Origin: Rhizodiscina lignyota
Lineage: Eukaryota
Length of the DNA stretch: 64,000 nt
Assembly (NCBI GenBank): GCA_010015805.1
Contig: ML978146.1
Coordinates: 62,001-126,000, forward strand
Direction: 5' to 3'
This document shows positions 13,973 to 26,410 of this stretch, one piece after another. The number at the start of each line of letters is the position of its first letter. The stretch's first letter is position 1. A program made the translations under genes and the position numbers. The notes beneath the pieces are model-generated. The model searched no databases, was not told the DNA's origin, and saw only the letters and a list, made by a program, of their open reading frames with translations.

Positions 13973-14503
13973 ATGAAGGCCGCCTCTACGCTTCTCCTGG
14001 CCAGCACTATTGCCTTCGCCGCTGCCTCTCCACCCAACCTTGGGCAGGCATACGACCCACTCTTTAAGAGCCGCGACGTATGTGGAGGTCATATTGGCAA
14101 CTGCGTCTCCAACGGTTGCGCAGGGGGCGCCCCAACCTATCTTTGCACTGCCGTACGTTTGTTCTCAGCCCCTTCTCAGCCCTACGAGACTCTTACGGCC
14201 AATCCACTATTTCATAAAGCCCACTTACTAATTCTCTTTCCTCACCCCGTCCATCGAGCTGCAACAAGGCTCGGGCACGGTTGAGAGGGTACAAGACTCA
14301 GCAAAGTAGAAGGTGTGGACTGGCTAATCACCCTATAGGGTAAATATAAAGGTTGCCCCTGTGGGCTCAATTGTGGTAAAACGATCGGGCCCTGCAACTC
14401 GAACAATTGTCATGGCTATCAAGGTCGTTGTGAAGCTGGGTATAAATACGCGGGATGTGCCTGCGATCCCGGTCCCTCCCCGACGACGACGCCTCTACTA
14501 TAG
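13973..14503 (+). CDS. Small secreted cysteine-rich protein (114 aa, 12 Cys, two tandem six-Cys repeats)
   Basis: TATAAA near 13833; signal peptide MKAASTLLLASTIAFAAA; exon 1 13973-14152, intron GTACGT..GCTAAT..TAG 14153-14338, exon 2 14339-14503 in frame (GKYKGCPCGLNCGKTIGPCNSNNCHGYQGRCEAGYKYAGCACDP...). Confidence 0.85.
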
Positions 14504-14935
14504 CTAAAAGTGTGTATTTTCAAACGCGGCTGGCGGCTCTCACTAGCTGTCAGGGCCAGTCTATGTCTAACTCGATTGTACCCGCTTGATTTGGGTTGTC
14601 GCCTCGAGATGGACAGGCAGGGCAAGGCCGATGCGGGAAAAGATTCTCACAAAAAGCGCCGAAAACGTTGATTTTCGGAGGGTCTTTTCCTAGCAATCTG
14701 CGTTGAGTCGTAAAGTTGTTGCAAGGAAATCGGCATCAGGGTTTGGCAGACTTCACTATAGGGTTTAACGTAGCATAAGGCAAGTAGAAAAATCTAAGAA
14801 ATAATAAGCTATTTTTGTAATATCCGAGGTTCATGACGCTAACTAAGGAAGAAAATCAAGAGAAGTCACCTTTTCACGTATACTAGATGATATTCAACTC
14901 CCTTTCCGCAAGAATATGCTAGGGGGTATCACTGA

Positions 14936-15860
14936 TTACATCACCACGCAACCCTCAGGCTTTTCTTCCCGCTGCAGGATAGCCTTTCCGCTCCTGAAGT
15001 ATATCCATTGATCCATCAACCCCTGGAGGCCAATTAGGTAAACCAAGTCGCCCCACTCAGGCGCTCTTGCGTGGTCTTTCGGTGCATCTTGCTGCAGATG
15101 CCGGCCTTCTCTGTTGCTCTTGAATCTCTTGGCCACTTCTTGCGTGGCCAAAGGCGTAGATGCGATCTCCGCCCCCTCTTTTCCGATCAGTTTCTCTTCC
15201 ATGAACAGTTCGTCTGGTTTAAGGACTGGTTGCTCCCCGGATAGACGAACCAGGATGTTCATGTCGTGTCCGATATAGAGCAGCGGGTCCTTGCCAGGGA
15301 GAATAGAGCATAGCAGAGGTTTCCAGGTTATGTACGGGGTGTAGAGGAAGGTATCAGGAGTTATGAAGTCGTTTGCTTGCGGACATTCATAAACCTCTAT
15401 GCCGAACTTGCAGAGAAAAATGACTTCCAGCTCGTCGAACAGGGGATCCTGCGCGTACATCCGGATTTTTCCTTTGGAATGGCCGTTCTCCTCAAGGAAC
15501 TCTACAATGTCGAGGAAGAAGATCAATTGGAGTAGAGCAGATTCCGGGGTTCGGGATTCAAAAGGTCCCAACCCCATGATTACCGCGTTCTCAACATGAG
15601 CTTTTCCACGGGGGGTTTTCGCACAATATTGGCCAAGACCTTCGCGCAAGACAGAGTGCAGATAATTGCGGAATCGAGTATTATCTGATGTCTGCCAACG
15701 TTTGAGTAGCTCAATGTAAAGGCGATCGAGGACTTTCAGCTTGAAGTCGATGGACTCCTCAGGTTTGTCGATAATATACTCTGCTTCACTTGACGGCCTT
15801 TGTCAAGAGGGATTCCTGGGAATCCATAGCCGTTGCTAAGAAGGATTGGGATGATTCCAT
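14936..15860 (-). CDS. SRR1-like domain protein (5' end uncertain, possibly frameshifted)
   Basis: SRR1-type motifs VIMGLG, QLIFFLDI, YAQDPLF, FITPDTFLYTPY; the frame is open up to about 15805, but the nearest ATGs (15827, 15860) are in another frame. Confidence 0.6.
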
Positions 15861-16686
15861 GATGTTTGACTGTCGTGAAGGTTGAAGACCAAAGATGCCG
15901 CTGATGGGATGATATGGACAATGGACCAAAGAAATCCAAAATCAAAATGGGATTCAAACGAGCGTAGTCGTATAAAAAAGAACAGTATCGATATATAAGG
16001 GAAGTCAGTGAGTGATACCCTCACAATGTGGGTGACAATGAGATGTTGGTGTGTTTAATCTCATCGTTGAGCTGCTGGAACCTGGCCTTGTCATGGCAAA
16101 TGCAGCGCAAGAAGCAATCCATGTTGACAGAGAGATAAGCATATAATTGGAGAGAGGGGTATGACCGGGAATCCTGAAAGGTGATGGTATGGCATGTGCT
16201 GCAGAGAAACAATGGGACTCTCACTCTGCGCCGGGAAAGGTTTTATAGAAATGACAAACGCGTAGGAGGCCACTGAATCATTTGTTATTGAAACACAGCC
16301 TATAGCCTTTCGAAATCTGTTCAATTGATGAAACAAAGAGTTTTATAAGCGAATGTGTGCAGCACGAAATAGGAGACATGAGCCAAGACCGAACAAAGAG
16401 AATAATGAAAGATGAATAATGACTACTGACTCCAAGATACCGCATCACCGAATCACTGTCTATGAGAATATCGAGAAAAGAGGCAGCGGAAGAGGTGATA
16501 TTCACTGAATGTCTCCGATGCGAGGGACAACACGCCGCCTAGCGTCCGTTGAAACTGTGGGACCCTTCCAGGCCTTGGTATCGCTGTGACACGAAGATGC
16601 TCACTACGCAGCTTAACGACCGGGTTACACAAGTCCCACGAGACCAGTCATGAGAGTCTACTCGAATTGGCGATTTCCCAGCAAAT

Positions 16687-18294
16687 TTATGAAGCCTGAT
16701 GCATCCGCACTAGCACTCTTTTAGGGGCACTTGTGGTGTTGTAATTATGCCACTGCACATCGCTCGGGTCTGTCTTTTCAATCTTGTCGAACCGTTGAAG
16801 GATCTTCGTGATAACATATCCAGCCTCCGTCAGCGCGAACTGTTGACCCAGACACACACGAGGCCCTCCGTTGAAAGGCAGATACTCCCATCCGAGCTTT
16901 CTTCCGATCCAGCGTTCCGGCACGAATTCGTCCGCATTGGAACCCCAGATTTCTCTGCGTCTGTGCATCACGTACACAGAATATGTGACTTCTTGGCCTT
17001 TCTTGACATATACAGGTGAGGATCCGTCTGGTCCTCCACCATAAGGAAGAGTGGTATTGCGAGTGGCTAAACGAGCGTTCGCGGGCACTGAGGGGAACAA
17101 CCGCAATGTCTCCATCATGACATACTGCAGGTACGAGCAGGCCTTGAGTTGAGTAAAGGTGATCGCTTTTGAACTGTCGTATGTGCCGAACTCTTCAACG
17201 ATGGCTGTCCGTAGCTTTTGGTAAACGTCCGGGTGTCGCGTCAAATTCCAGAACGTCCAGCCGAGCAATCCCGCTGTTGTATCTCTCCCTGCGAGAAGTA
17301 TATTGAGTAGCTGAGATCGAATCTCGACCGGATCGTTGGTGGCTTTCAATAACTCGTCAAGAAAGACATAGCGCTCGGCGGTCTTTTCAGGTGCACTCGT
17401 CTTCGCCCGGTTCATGCCGTCTGCGATGCAGGCGTCGGCGAAGCGGTGGATCTCTCGAATATCCTCACGGAATGATTTCGGATAATACAGCCAGTAGACA
17501 TCAGCCATACGGGCCCTCACTCCGATGGCGTAAGTACCTCGGTCGAAGCGAGTTCCAATGTCAGCCCATTGGAACTCTCCCACGTTCTTTTCACCTCGAG
17601 AACTGGCGGCATATGCTGCTTGTGTATGTGTGCTTTGACCAAACAAGAACTCCGTAGCAGAGTCCATTGTGAAGCGGAAGAAGACGGGAGCGAGGTCCAG
17701 CGATGTCCACCCATCGACCATATTGAAGCATTTAAACATATCTTCGACATGCCGCTGTTCGAGAGTAAGATCTGCGATTTGATCGCGAGCAAACTGAGGC
17801 CGAAGAAGGGATCTTGAATGCTCCCTTGATAAGAGTCAGTGTCATTCCCAAGCTTCAGGGCGCTGGAGGCAGGTGGAGCGGCATCCAACTTACCACATCT
17901 GGCCGTCTGTCGTGAAGATGCCATCTCCAAGGAGAGGCAGTAGAGCTCCTCGTCGCCTCTGTCCAATCTCGAAATCTTGGAATTGAGTCGCCAAAATTGC
18001 TTGAATATTTTTTGGCTCGTAAGTAATAAACACATCCCCGATGAAGCCCTCTGCGAAAGTCGAGCAGCCCATCTCCACGTGCTCGTCGTACAGAAACTGT
18101 GGCAATTGACATGCTTTGTCGGCTTTGTCCATGGCAAGGACGTTGTCTACTCCCAAAAACCAGTTGTGACCTTTGAACGGTGGGGCTCTGCAACCCCACT
18201 GCCTTGCCCGTCTAGCATGGAGAGCAGATGTGACAGCGTAGTGGACAGCCCAAGCGACCAGCGCAAGTGCGACAATTGATAGTATCGAGAGCAT
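16687..18294 (-). CDS. Cytochrome P450, CYP52 clan (alkane/fatty-acid hydroxylase-like), 2 exons
   Basis: N-terminal membrane anchor; [39 protein letters not shown]; heme motif [15 protein letters not shown]. Confidence 0.95.
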
Positions 18295-19195
18295 TGTGCC
18301 GCAAAGAAATCGAGTGAGAATAAAGAACTGATTGAGAATCTAAACAGACCTATGTTCTGAAGCCAGAGAGTCTTATGTATACATACTTCCCCTCTAACTT
18401 AGTTGCAAGGGCGTCTGACATCTACACGAACAACGGTCGCGGCGTCAGACTGGGTAGCCGCGCTGTGCATTAGCGTCCGCCACAAACCCGGAAACTCGAT
18501 CTAACCGCTGGATGCATTAGTCTGGGGAGCTGTAACGCCTATCACAAGTAAAGTTTGGCACTTTACTCTGACTTACTTGCACCACGACTTTTTTTGTCGC
18601 GACGTCGCCCTTAAGACTGGCACCTTGGCTTCAGCTAACCCTGCTAACCGCCAAGGTGGATATTGGATTGGCATCTTACCATACATCATAGCTGCAACAC
18701 CTGCTGTTCATGCCAATGCCATTCTCGAGGAGCTGTCGTTACCTCGGCTTTCTCGAACGGGTTGCTGGATCACGAACTCAGCTCTTTCATCGGCGTGCTG
18801 CTTGGCCCGCGTCATCTGAAATGGGCCAGTCAGCATAAGCTCACAGGAGAACTGATGAATTATGTCAGCGGCGGTCGTAAAACAGGCACAAGAAATATCC
18901 AAGCCCATACATACTCAAAGGACAAAGAGCTGAGCAGACTTACGTGATACGCTTGGGGCTAAGGAGGCCGAGGTGCGCAAGAAGCCGAAACCGGACTAGT
19001 AAAGCAGGAAAGCCAATCGTCTTCACCGTCATTGTGCCATGATTGACTTTTTCTTGTTTAGCATACAGCAAAATCTTGAACCCCATTTCCTGATGTCCAT
19101 AGTTGGATACTTTCACGAGAAGCCACCGATTATAGCCAACCTCCCAATTTCCCAAAACCCTCCCCAATGCGTGTGAAATGTCCAATTACAGCTCC

Positions 19196-22100
19196 TTACC
19201 AAACCCCCTTCCTGCATATCATTTTATGCGCCTTCCAATCTGTCCGCTGACACTGGGAAGAACAATATTTGACGGTGCGACATGCAGAGCATTTCAAGAG
19301 GCTTCCTCCATTCGCCGTTTTGTCCTTTCCACAGACTCCGCAGCATTTTTGTTCCGATGACGCATTGCTTGAATTCATGGCCTCCATGTCTTCGAGACTA
19401 AACGACGGGATCGGCGGAACGAATGGCGGATCAACGCATGGGAACGAGAACAACGGCGAGATTGCAGCACGAAATGCCAGCTTGGCCACTTGTGGTGGCA
19501 GGCCTGGGATAAGCCCGTCCGGAAATTTACCCCAGCCACAGGAGCAGACCGGCATATTACGGAATCCGTCTTCCTCTAGCTGCTCCTTGTCGAGACGGAT
19601 GGAATACTCGTAGGAGGAGCCGTGCTGCCAGTTTCTGCAGCGTTCTGCGTAGAGTGGAAGAATGTCCTCCCAGAATTCCAGCTCGCGATCCTCAACGTTG
19701 AGGAGGCTCAATACGCTCAATAGCGAATCCAGAAACTTGGCAAAACGTGCTGTCCCAGTTGCAGGGCGTAGAGGCAAGACGAGGCTGTCGAGTACTACTG
19801 TGAGATTCGTAACATCCAGTCTGACGGAAGAGACGGAGATGACCATGTGTACCCCCGCCCCCGCTGTAGTACGACTATTCAGTCCAAAGACCTGAGAATA
19901 GCCGCGACCCATACCAGTGAACTGCATGAACATGGAGTGCAATGTGTCCTTGAAGCCTATCCGAACATCACTAATAAGATTAGATGCTCTTAATGATTCT
20001 TCACGAATGTTTCGCTCTCTAAGAGACCACATGCCCGTAATATGTGCATTCAGCCAACTGAGTCCGGTCGGATTCTGGATGCTAATGATTGGTAGACGGT
20101 CTAAATTCAATCGAGGCATGTTCCAGATCGCCTTGCTCTGTCCCTTGAGAAAGAATGGCGAAATGAACAGTGGCGATGTTTTCCAGCTGTCCGAATCGAT
20201 CGGAGCCTCCACTTCCACATATGAAGACTTTCTAGCCACACGAGTTTTGGCCTTAGTAGCAAGTACCGGGGCAGGAAATTCCAGCAGTAGGCGTATATTG
20301 TGCTTCTCAAGCACTTCTGCGAATCTGCTCGGAAAGGTTTGAATTGTCTCGACAGCAGATCCATCAGCTAGTGCTTTCTTGAGTGGTTCTGAAAGAAGTC
20401 CGGCTCGAACAGTCAGCGAACTGAAGCATCCCTTTGCTCGTTCGATGGTTGCAGTGGTTGTTGTCATTGCTTCAGGGTTGGAAAGAATATCATGCTTTTG
20501 TGCGTTCTCCTCGAGACCGTGAATACGCGCAGGGCCCTGTAAATTAGAACGACATGCGGTGATGTAGACGTTCTTCTCGTCGCCAAGCGTAGTCTCGAAA
20601 ATATTCATATTTAAGCCAAGGTCTTCCCGAAGCTTGAAAACAGAACTTGGGCTGGACACCACTCCGAGGGCGACGATTGCAGTGAGAGGTTCCTGTAACA
20701 GCATCCATGAAGGGACATTGAATGACACCACCAACGGTGAGCAGCCAACCCATCTATTCTCATCCTCTTCAACATGTAAGGAGAAGTCATTCGTGTGTCT
20801 CTGCCCACGAGATGTGATGGTTCAGAATGCGACCTGTACAACGGCAAACAGGTTCTGCCATCGGCCAACAGGAGACTCTGGAGATGATTGCACGGAGCAA
20901 CGGGGGTGAGGTGTTCCAATGTCTGCCGCATTCTTGCTTGTCAGTCTCTCCAGACTGGTCCTCGGGACGTTTAGAGTAATGCAGACAACTGCAGGCATAT
21001 TTTCCCAACCACCGAGCCCGCGTGAATCGATATTGCGGCGAAATACATCGCGAGGACTACGCGTAAAAGTTTCAATTGAGTATATTCCAAAGAGGTGAAG
21101 GTAAAGATATAGTTCTTGTAGGTAATTAGCCCCAACCATTAGCGTAGGTTCATTTTCGATGAGTTGGATGAGAGTCTCCATAGTCTTGTTCCAATCAACG
21201 ACGAGCCGCGATCTAACAACAGCGAGGAGGGATACGAAACTAGCCCGGTGATGTTGCGGGGCTGAGTCGCTTGTGAGAGCAGTCATATTCATCCTGGAAT
21301 ATAGAAACTTTGGATCCTCATGTTGGAACATCTTTAGATAGACTTGATGAAGCAGACTAGCGCATGCTTCCGCCTCGACGTGGAGCCTTCTGTCATACAT
21401 CGGGCCTCCAAGTAGGTCTAGCAGAGACGTGCGTTTCCAGGTGAGTCTGAGATCCATCTCTGAATCGTGCTTCCCGCTTCCACCAAGCCTCCTCGTTATG
21501 TCCATCGTAATCTCGTCGGAAGTGGATGTACTTGATATGTTTGTCCAGTACTCTACCGGAAAGAGGTCGAGCAAAATGGACATAGTCGTAAAGTCACCAT
21601 AAAGGAGGGAATCGGCATATTGCATGTGAGTCTCCTCGCGTTGGACATTGACAAGGCACTCGGTGAAGATGCTCGCCGAGGGCGTGCATTTCAACACGGG
21701 CGACGCTGCAATGAGGATGTTGAGAGTTCCGAGATGATCGCCGAGATTCGATGTGTCGATAACATTGAAGGATGTAGGAGCTTTGCAGGATCCGAGGTAA
21801 TCGTCACTATTCAACTCGAGTGGGACGAGGTGATAATTGTCGCGGTAAAGGTTTGCAGATTTCTCCTCTCCAGGATTTTGCAGATGACGCAGCGTCCGTG
21901 CAAAAGCAATCGCATCTCCGAGAAAATCGGGTTACAAAGGATTTCATGACACGCTTCCGAAATGCGTTTCCCCATTCTCGGAATTCAAGCTGCGCTTCCT
22001 CGATGTAGCCCTTCAGACTCAGAGACGCTTCGCCAGTTAATTTGGGCGCAAGTGGAGACCCTCTTGTCAATGGCGCTGTCACAATCGCCGGGTGGAAGCC

Positions 22101-23134
22101 AAGCAACGGATCAGTTCCGTCATAGAAAATGAATGAATCACAGCCGGAATAAAAAGTCGGGTTTGGGTGTTTAGTTGCAGACAAAGACTTATCATCCAGG
22201 TGCAAGCATCCATGTTGCCAGTAGTGTAACTGGGCCCTTGCCAGAAACGGAATACATGTTATGCCTAATCAGACTCTACAAATCAGCAGATATCCAGGTA
22301 AGCGATAATATGCAATGATGTCAGGTTGGGGTGTGTCTCCATTGAGCGGAAACACACCGTGTCAAGGGTTTATTTCCCCAAAGCTCAGGGTAACAGCGAC
22401 TACATACCTGCCGGCGCACCTGATCGAAGTCCCGTTGTGAATACGCCCTTCGTTTGCAGTTGAGCAGCCCTGAAGTTGCGCGCACTTTGAATGTTCGCTT
22501 CCAGGGTTTTATTGAAACTCCGTCGAGCCTCTCCATCCAGGTCAAGGATGCAATGAGATTCCCAGAGCATTTTCACTTTTGCAAAGGTTTTGGAATCGCA
22601 AAATCTCAGTTTCTGGCCGTACTTGCTGCTGTGCCAGGACTCCAGGGAACTCGCAATGTCAAGTAGTTTCCTTGCGTGGTCACTTAGCAGTCTAAGGGTC
22701 TCTTGATCAAGGTAGAAGTGATACCACACATCCCAGATCGCTTGGTGATTTGACCCATTGAAGTCATCGAGGAGGAGTGTGAATAACAAGATATTTCGCG
22801 CTGTGGCTATTTCTCGGCTCTACCACAAACACAAGAACTAAACATCAGAACGTACCAATAATCGGTGCCTGTATATCACAGCAAGTTATGTCATATCCTC
22901 GGTCTGAGTCTGTCAGTCTCATTGTAGATTCAGTGTAGAATAACATCGATGAATCGACTCACCAGTGCCGTCGTCCATATAGGCTGTGAACAAGATGTTA
23001 CGGGCATCGCCGCAGCCTAAGAGCAAAATGGTGGCTGGGTCTTCGGGAGCAAGTTCTCGAGTGAGGCATGTTGCAGGTGTATTGCCAATTGGATAGAAGC
23101 ATGTCAGAAGGTCGAGACCAGCCGGAGTAAACAT
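19196..23134 (-). pseudogene. DUF4470 + MYND zinc finger protein with premature stop and frameshift
   Basis: N-terminal FYPIGNTPA, LLLGCGDARNILFT, FNVIDTSNLGDHLG; C-terminal CGVC..CSACRTVKYCSSQCQRTDWKAHK..C MYND; in-frame TGA at 20822-20824; frameshift near 21922. Confidence 0.8.
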
Positions 23135-23457
23135 TGCGCTTCTTCAAGCTAGCTTTTGCGCAGTGACAAGTCAGTCTCTTGGTTCAATTGTTTACATCGA
23201 ACAACAACCAATGATTAGAAGTCTCAGAGATTGATGCCAGGTTCAGAACGATTGACCATTGAGCTTGGGAGTTGCTCCGGAAGGAGAGGATTGAGGAGTT
23301 GGAACTGAAGCTGGGGTGCCGTTTGATTTTGAACGCTAGGCCGAATATCCTATAGGATAGGAAAGTCAGGGGTTATTGTGGCTGCCGCCTGACAACCCTC
23401 CGATTACCGCCATGCACCTAAACGAACATCTCACCAAGACACAAAGGCCAATTCCTC

Positions 23458-24560
23458 ATGATGACCAATCTCTCAGATATTTTGAACGAGTTGCTCGATC
23501 GGATTATGGAGTACTTACGCCCGTCCGATCTGAAAGACCTCTCACAGACCTACCACCTGGTTGTAAAGGGAGGCCAACCAAGTCTCTACCGCGCGATGGA
23601 TTCGGAATGGCCAGTACACCTGTATCGCAACGATCCTGATGTCCTTCCACTCCTTCTACGGACTTTACTATCGAATCCTCGACTCCGCGTCTCTATCATG
23701 AACATCAGGCTCGGAAATCCATGCTCCCTGCCTCCTGTTAACTGCTCGAATCCCATTCCATTATCTCGACGAATTTCTGTTTCGATGGACCCAGTTCTTG
23801 TTGAAAGGCTCTGTAGCATTTCGGACGTTCCCCACCGCTTGCTTTTGCCAACTTTAACTGGAGACATGGCGACTTGGACGCTCTTTCAGTTCTACTTATC
23901 TATCTTTGCCCGAACTTGGAAAGCCTGAACTTGCCGAAGCATTTGTGAGCCAATGCAGACATATCAGTAGTGTTATAAAGCTGCGCTCAACATTTAGTCT
24001 CTACTACGATGTTCCCCTTCTCCATCATCTCCGCTCCGTCTACTATTGCACTATGGTGTCATACTACACAGTGGACGACCTAGTAATGGACTTCCACATG
24101 TTTTTCCCGCTTATCTCTTTACTTCAGATGGCTGAGATTGATGTTATACTGCCTCAGCCTGGACCATGCACCGAGAGATGTTCAAGGGATGAAGATTTGC
24201 ATCAACAAGAATACGTGCACCCCGAAGAAGCTACCGTCGCTTGTAACCTCCGAACTTTGCGATTCCGTTATACCCAAATGACACTCGGCATACTACAGCC
24301 CATTCTACAATCGACGCCATCCCTCACCGTTATCCATCTAGGTTATGGATTCAACGTTGATATCCAAAACGGAGACGATCTGTCTCGGCTGAAACATTGC
24401 AAGAGGTGCGCTTAACATTGAACTGGTAGAAGTCTGAGTCTCAAAGGTACTGGTCCGAGCTTGAACACCAGATTGGGTGGACTGCTGAGCTGCTCCAGAG
24501 TTCTTGGCTGCCTCAAAGGTTTCAAGCGACTTTCAATCCTTGATCTAAGTAAATATAGAT
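23458..24560 (+). pseudogene. Decayed F-box/LRR-type protein
   Basis: F-box-like start LSDILNELLDRIMEYL..DLKDLS; homologous-looking segments (LLLRTLLSNP, GDLDAL..LL..CPNLESL, LQSTPSL) lie in three different frames. Confidence 0.6.
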
Positions 24561-24929
24561 CTACTCGAAAGATGATTATTTTAACGAACCTCAGTTAGGT
24601 GATTACAAAACAGCATGGAAGGATGCTTCATCTGCAACGAGATTGGCAGGCCGTATATAGTCTAAATTTAAGTTCGTACCAGTCGATGAAGTCGGTTTGG
24701 TGCGCTCAATTTTGAGTCATATCCACCCTTGTCATGATCGCGAGGGGCGAGTGTGGCCGACAGACCGGAGTTGAAGTCCGCTCCTCTCCCACCACGGCTG
24801 GTATAGGCTCTGAAGGACATATAAGATCTACTTTCCTCTGCGGATTCTTCTCCGCCATCCCTTCGGACAGCTGTTAGCCTTTAATCTATTCTATGCTCGG
24901 CCTTTGTAGTACTCCTCAAAGCCTCAGTA

Positions 24930-25971
24930 ATGGTCTCACTCTCAGAAGTTCGCGCTTCCAACGCCCGGATCGCCAAAGACACGGCGCCTCACACGGCCAT
25001 ATTTACCGGAGCCACCGACGGAATCGGCAAGGCGACTCTTACTCGCCTGGTCTCTGCAAAGTTGCCAATCAAGATTTATGTCATCGGCCGCAACGGTGAC
25101 AAGCACAAACGGCTCCTGGATGAGCTCCGGAAGTCCAATGACAAGGCGGACATTTTCTGGCTCGAAGGTCAAATCTCGCTGCTCGCGGAGGTACAGAGGC
25201 TTTGCGATGAGATCAAGGCTCGCGAGACGAGTATTGATCTGTTGTTCATGAGCGCAGGATTCATTCGCTCCGGAGGTCGAGAAGGTATGTTATAGCTACA
25301 GCTTCAGAGTCGACGACAACTCAATTTTCTTAGAAACAATTGAGGGTAACGAGATCGGTCGGTCTCTGTGCTACTATGGTCGAATTTTATTCATTACCCA
25401 GCTTCTGCCCCTGCTCAACGCGTCGTCGAACAACCCGCGCATCCTCAGTATTCTCGCCGCGGGCAATGAGTCCTCCTCCATCCCTCTTGATGATTTAGAC
25501 CTCAAAAAGCCTGAAAACTTTGGTCTCGTCTCTTCCTCGAAGTCGGCGGCGACTCATACCACATTGTCCATGTTAAAGCTAGCGCAGGAAAACCCCCGTG
25601 TCATTTTCATTCACCACTATCCCGGCGGTGTCAAGACGGACCTTTTTAAAAAGGTTTGGGGTGAGAAGTGGTGGTGGTGGCTCTTTGCGCCACTGCTGGC
25701 TATGGCGGGGACTTCGCCAGAGGACGCTGGAGAGAAGGCCGTGTATCTGCTCACCAGTTCCAAGTATGGAGGAAAAGGGGTCCCGCTGTCTGCCAGCGAG
25801 CGTCCAGGGTTGACCATGGCAAAGACAAAGGAGGTAGGCTCGCTGTTTAACATCAACGAGAAGGTCCAGGAGCTGTATCAGGAGAAGGTTATGGCGGATC
25901 TGAACAGGATGGATGCAGGAGCCATCGTCTGGCGAAAGACGCTGGAGACACTCAAACCATATTCCTCATGA
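24930..25971 (+). CDS. Atypical short-chain dehydrogenase/reductase, 2 exons
   Basis: IFTGATDGIG Rossmann motif, IDLLFMSAG, HHYPGGVKT; intron about 25286-25333. Confidence 0.9.
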
Positions 25972-26410
25972 CTGCTCTTAATAGTTTAATGGTCGATTAT
26001 GTTTAAACTTGTAATGTACGGTCTTGTAACTTATTGGTAACATAATTCTACGTTGTCAGTGACGACGATTTTTGCAGGGCGTCCTCCCCGTTTGGGAAAT
26101 TGGGAGGTTTTCGGTGTCGGTGGGAATAACTGCTTGTGGAGGATCTGGTGATCGAATCACCCGTGCCAGTCCGTCAGAGTCTTTAATTGCTAGATAGAAT
26201 TGGATGCAAGTTCCTACAACGTTGGTTGGTTGGGCGCGCTGTTGGATGAACAGCAGGCGGAGTTCGGCTGCCAAGTCCGTTGGACAATATTCGCTCCGTT
26301 GGAATGTTAAGCCCGACCTCAGGATTTAACCTCCTATCCTCCCAACGGATGGACCGTTAAGTCATCCGGAGACGAGTGAGATTAGCTCGTGACAGATGCC
26401 CCTGCAACCA

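Noticed and set aside
22235..22405. Apparent insertion with short CCCTTG/CAAGGG inverted ends in the DUF4470 gene (MITE-like)
   Set aside because: Explained as an intron (GTATGT...CTGATTAG) that restores the frame to GITCIPFLARAQLHYWQHG; no target-site duplication
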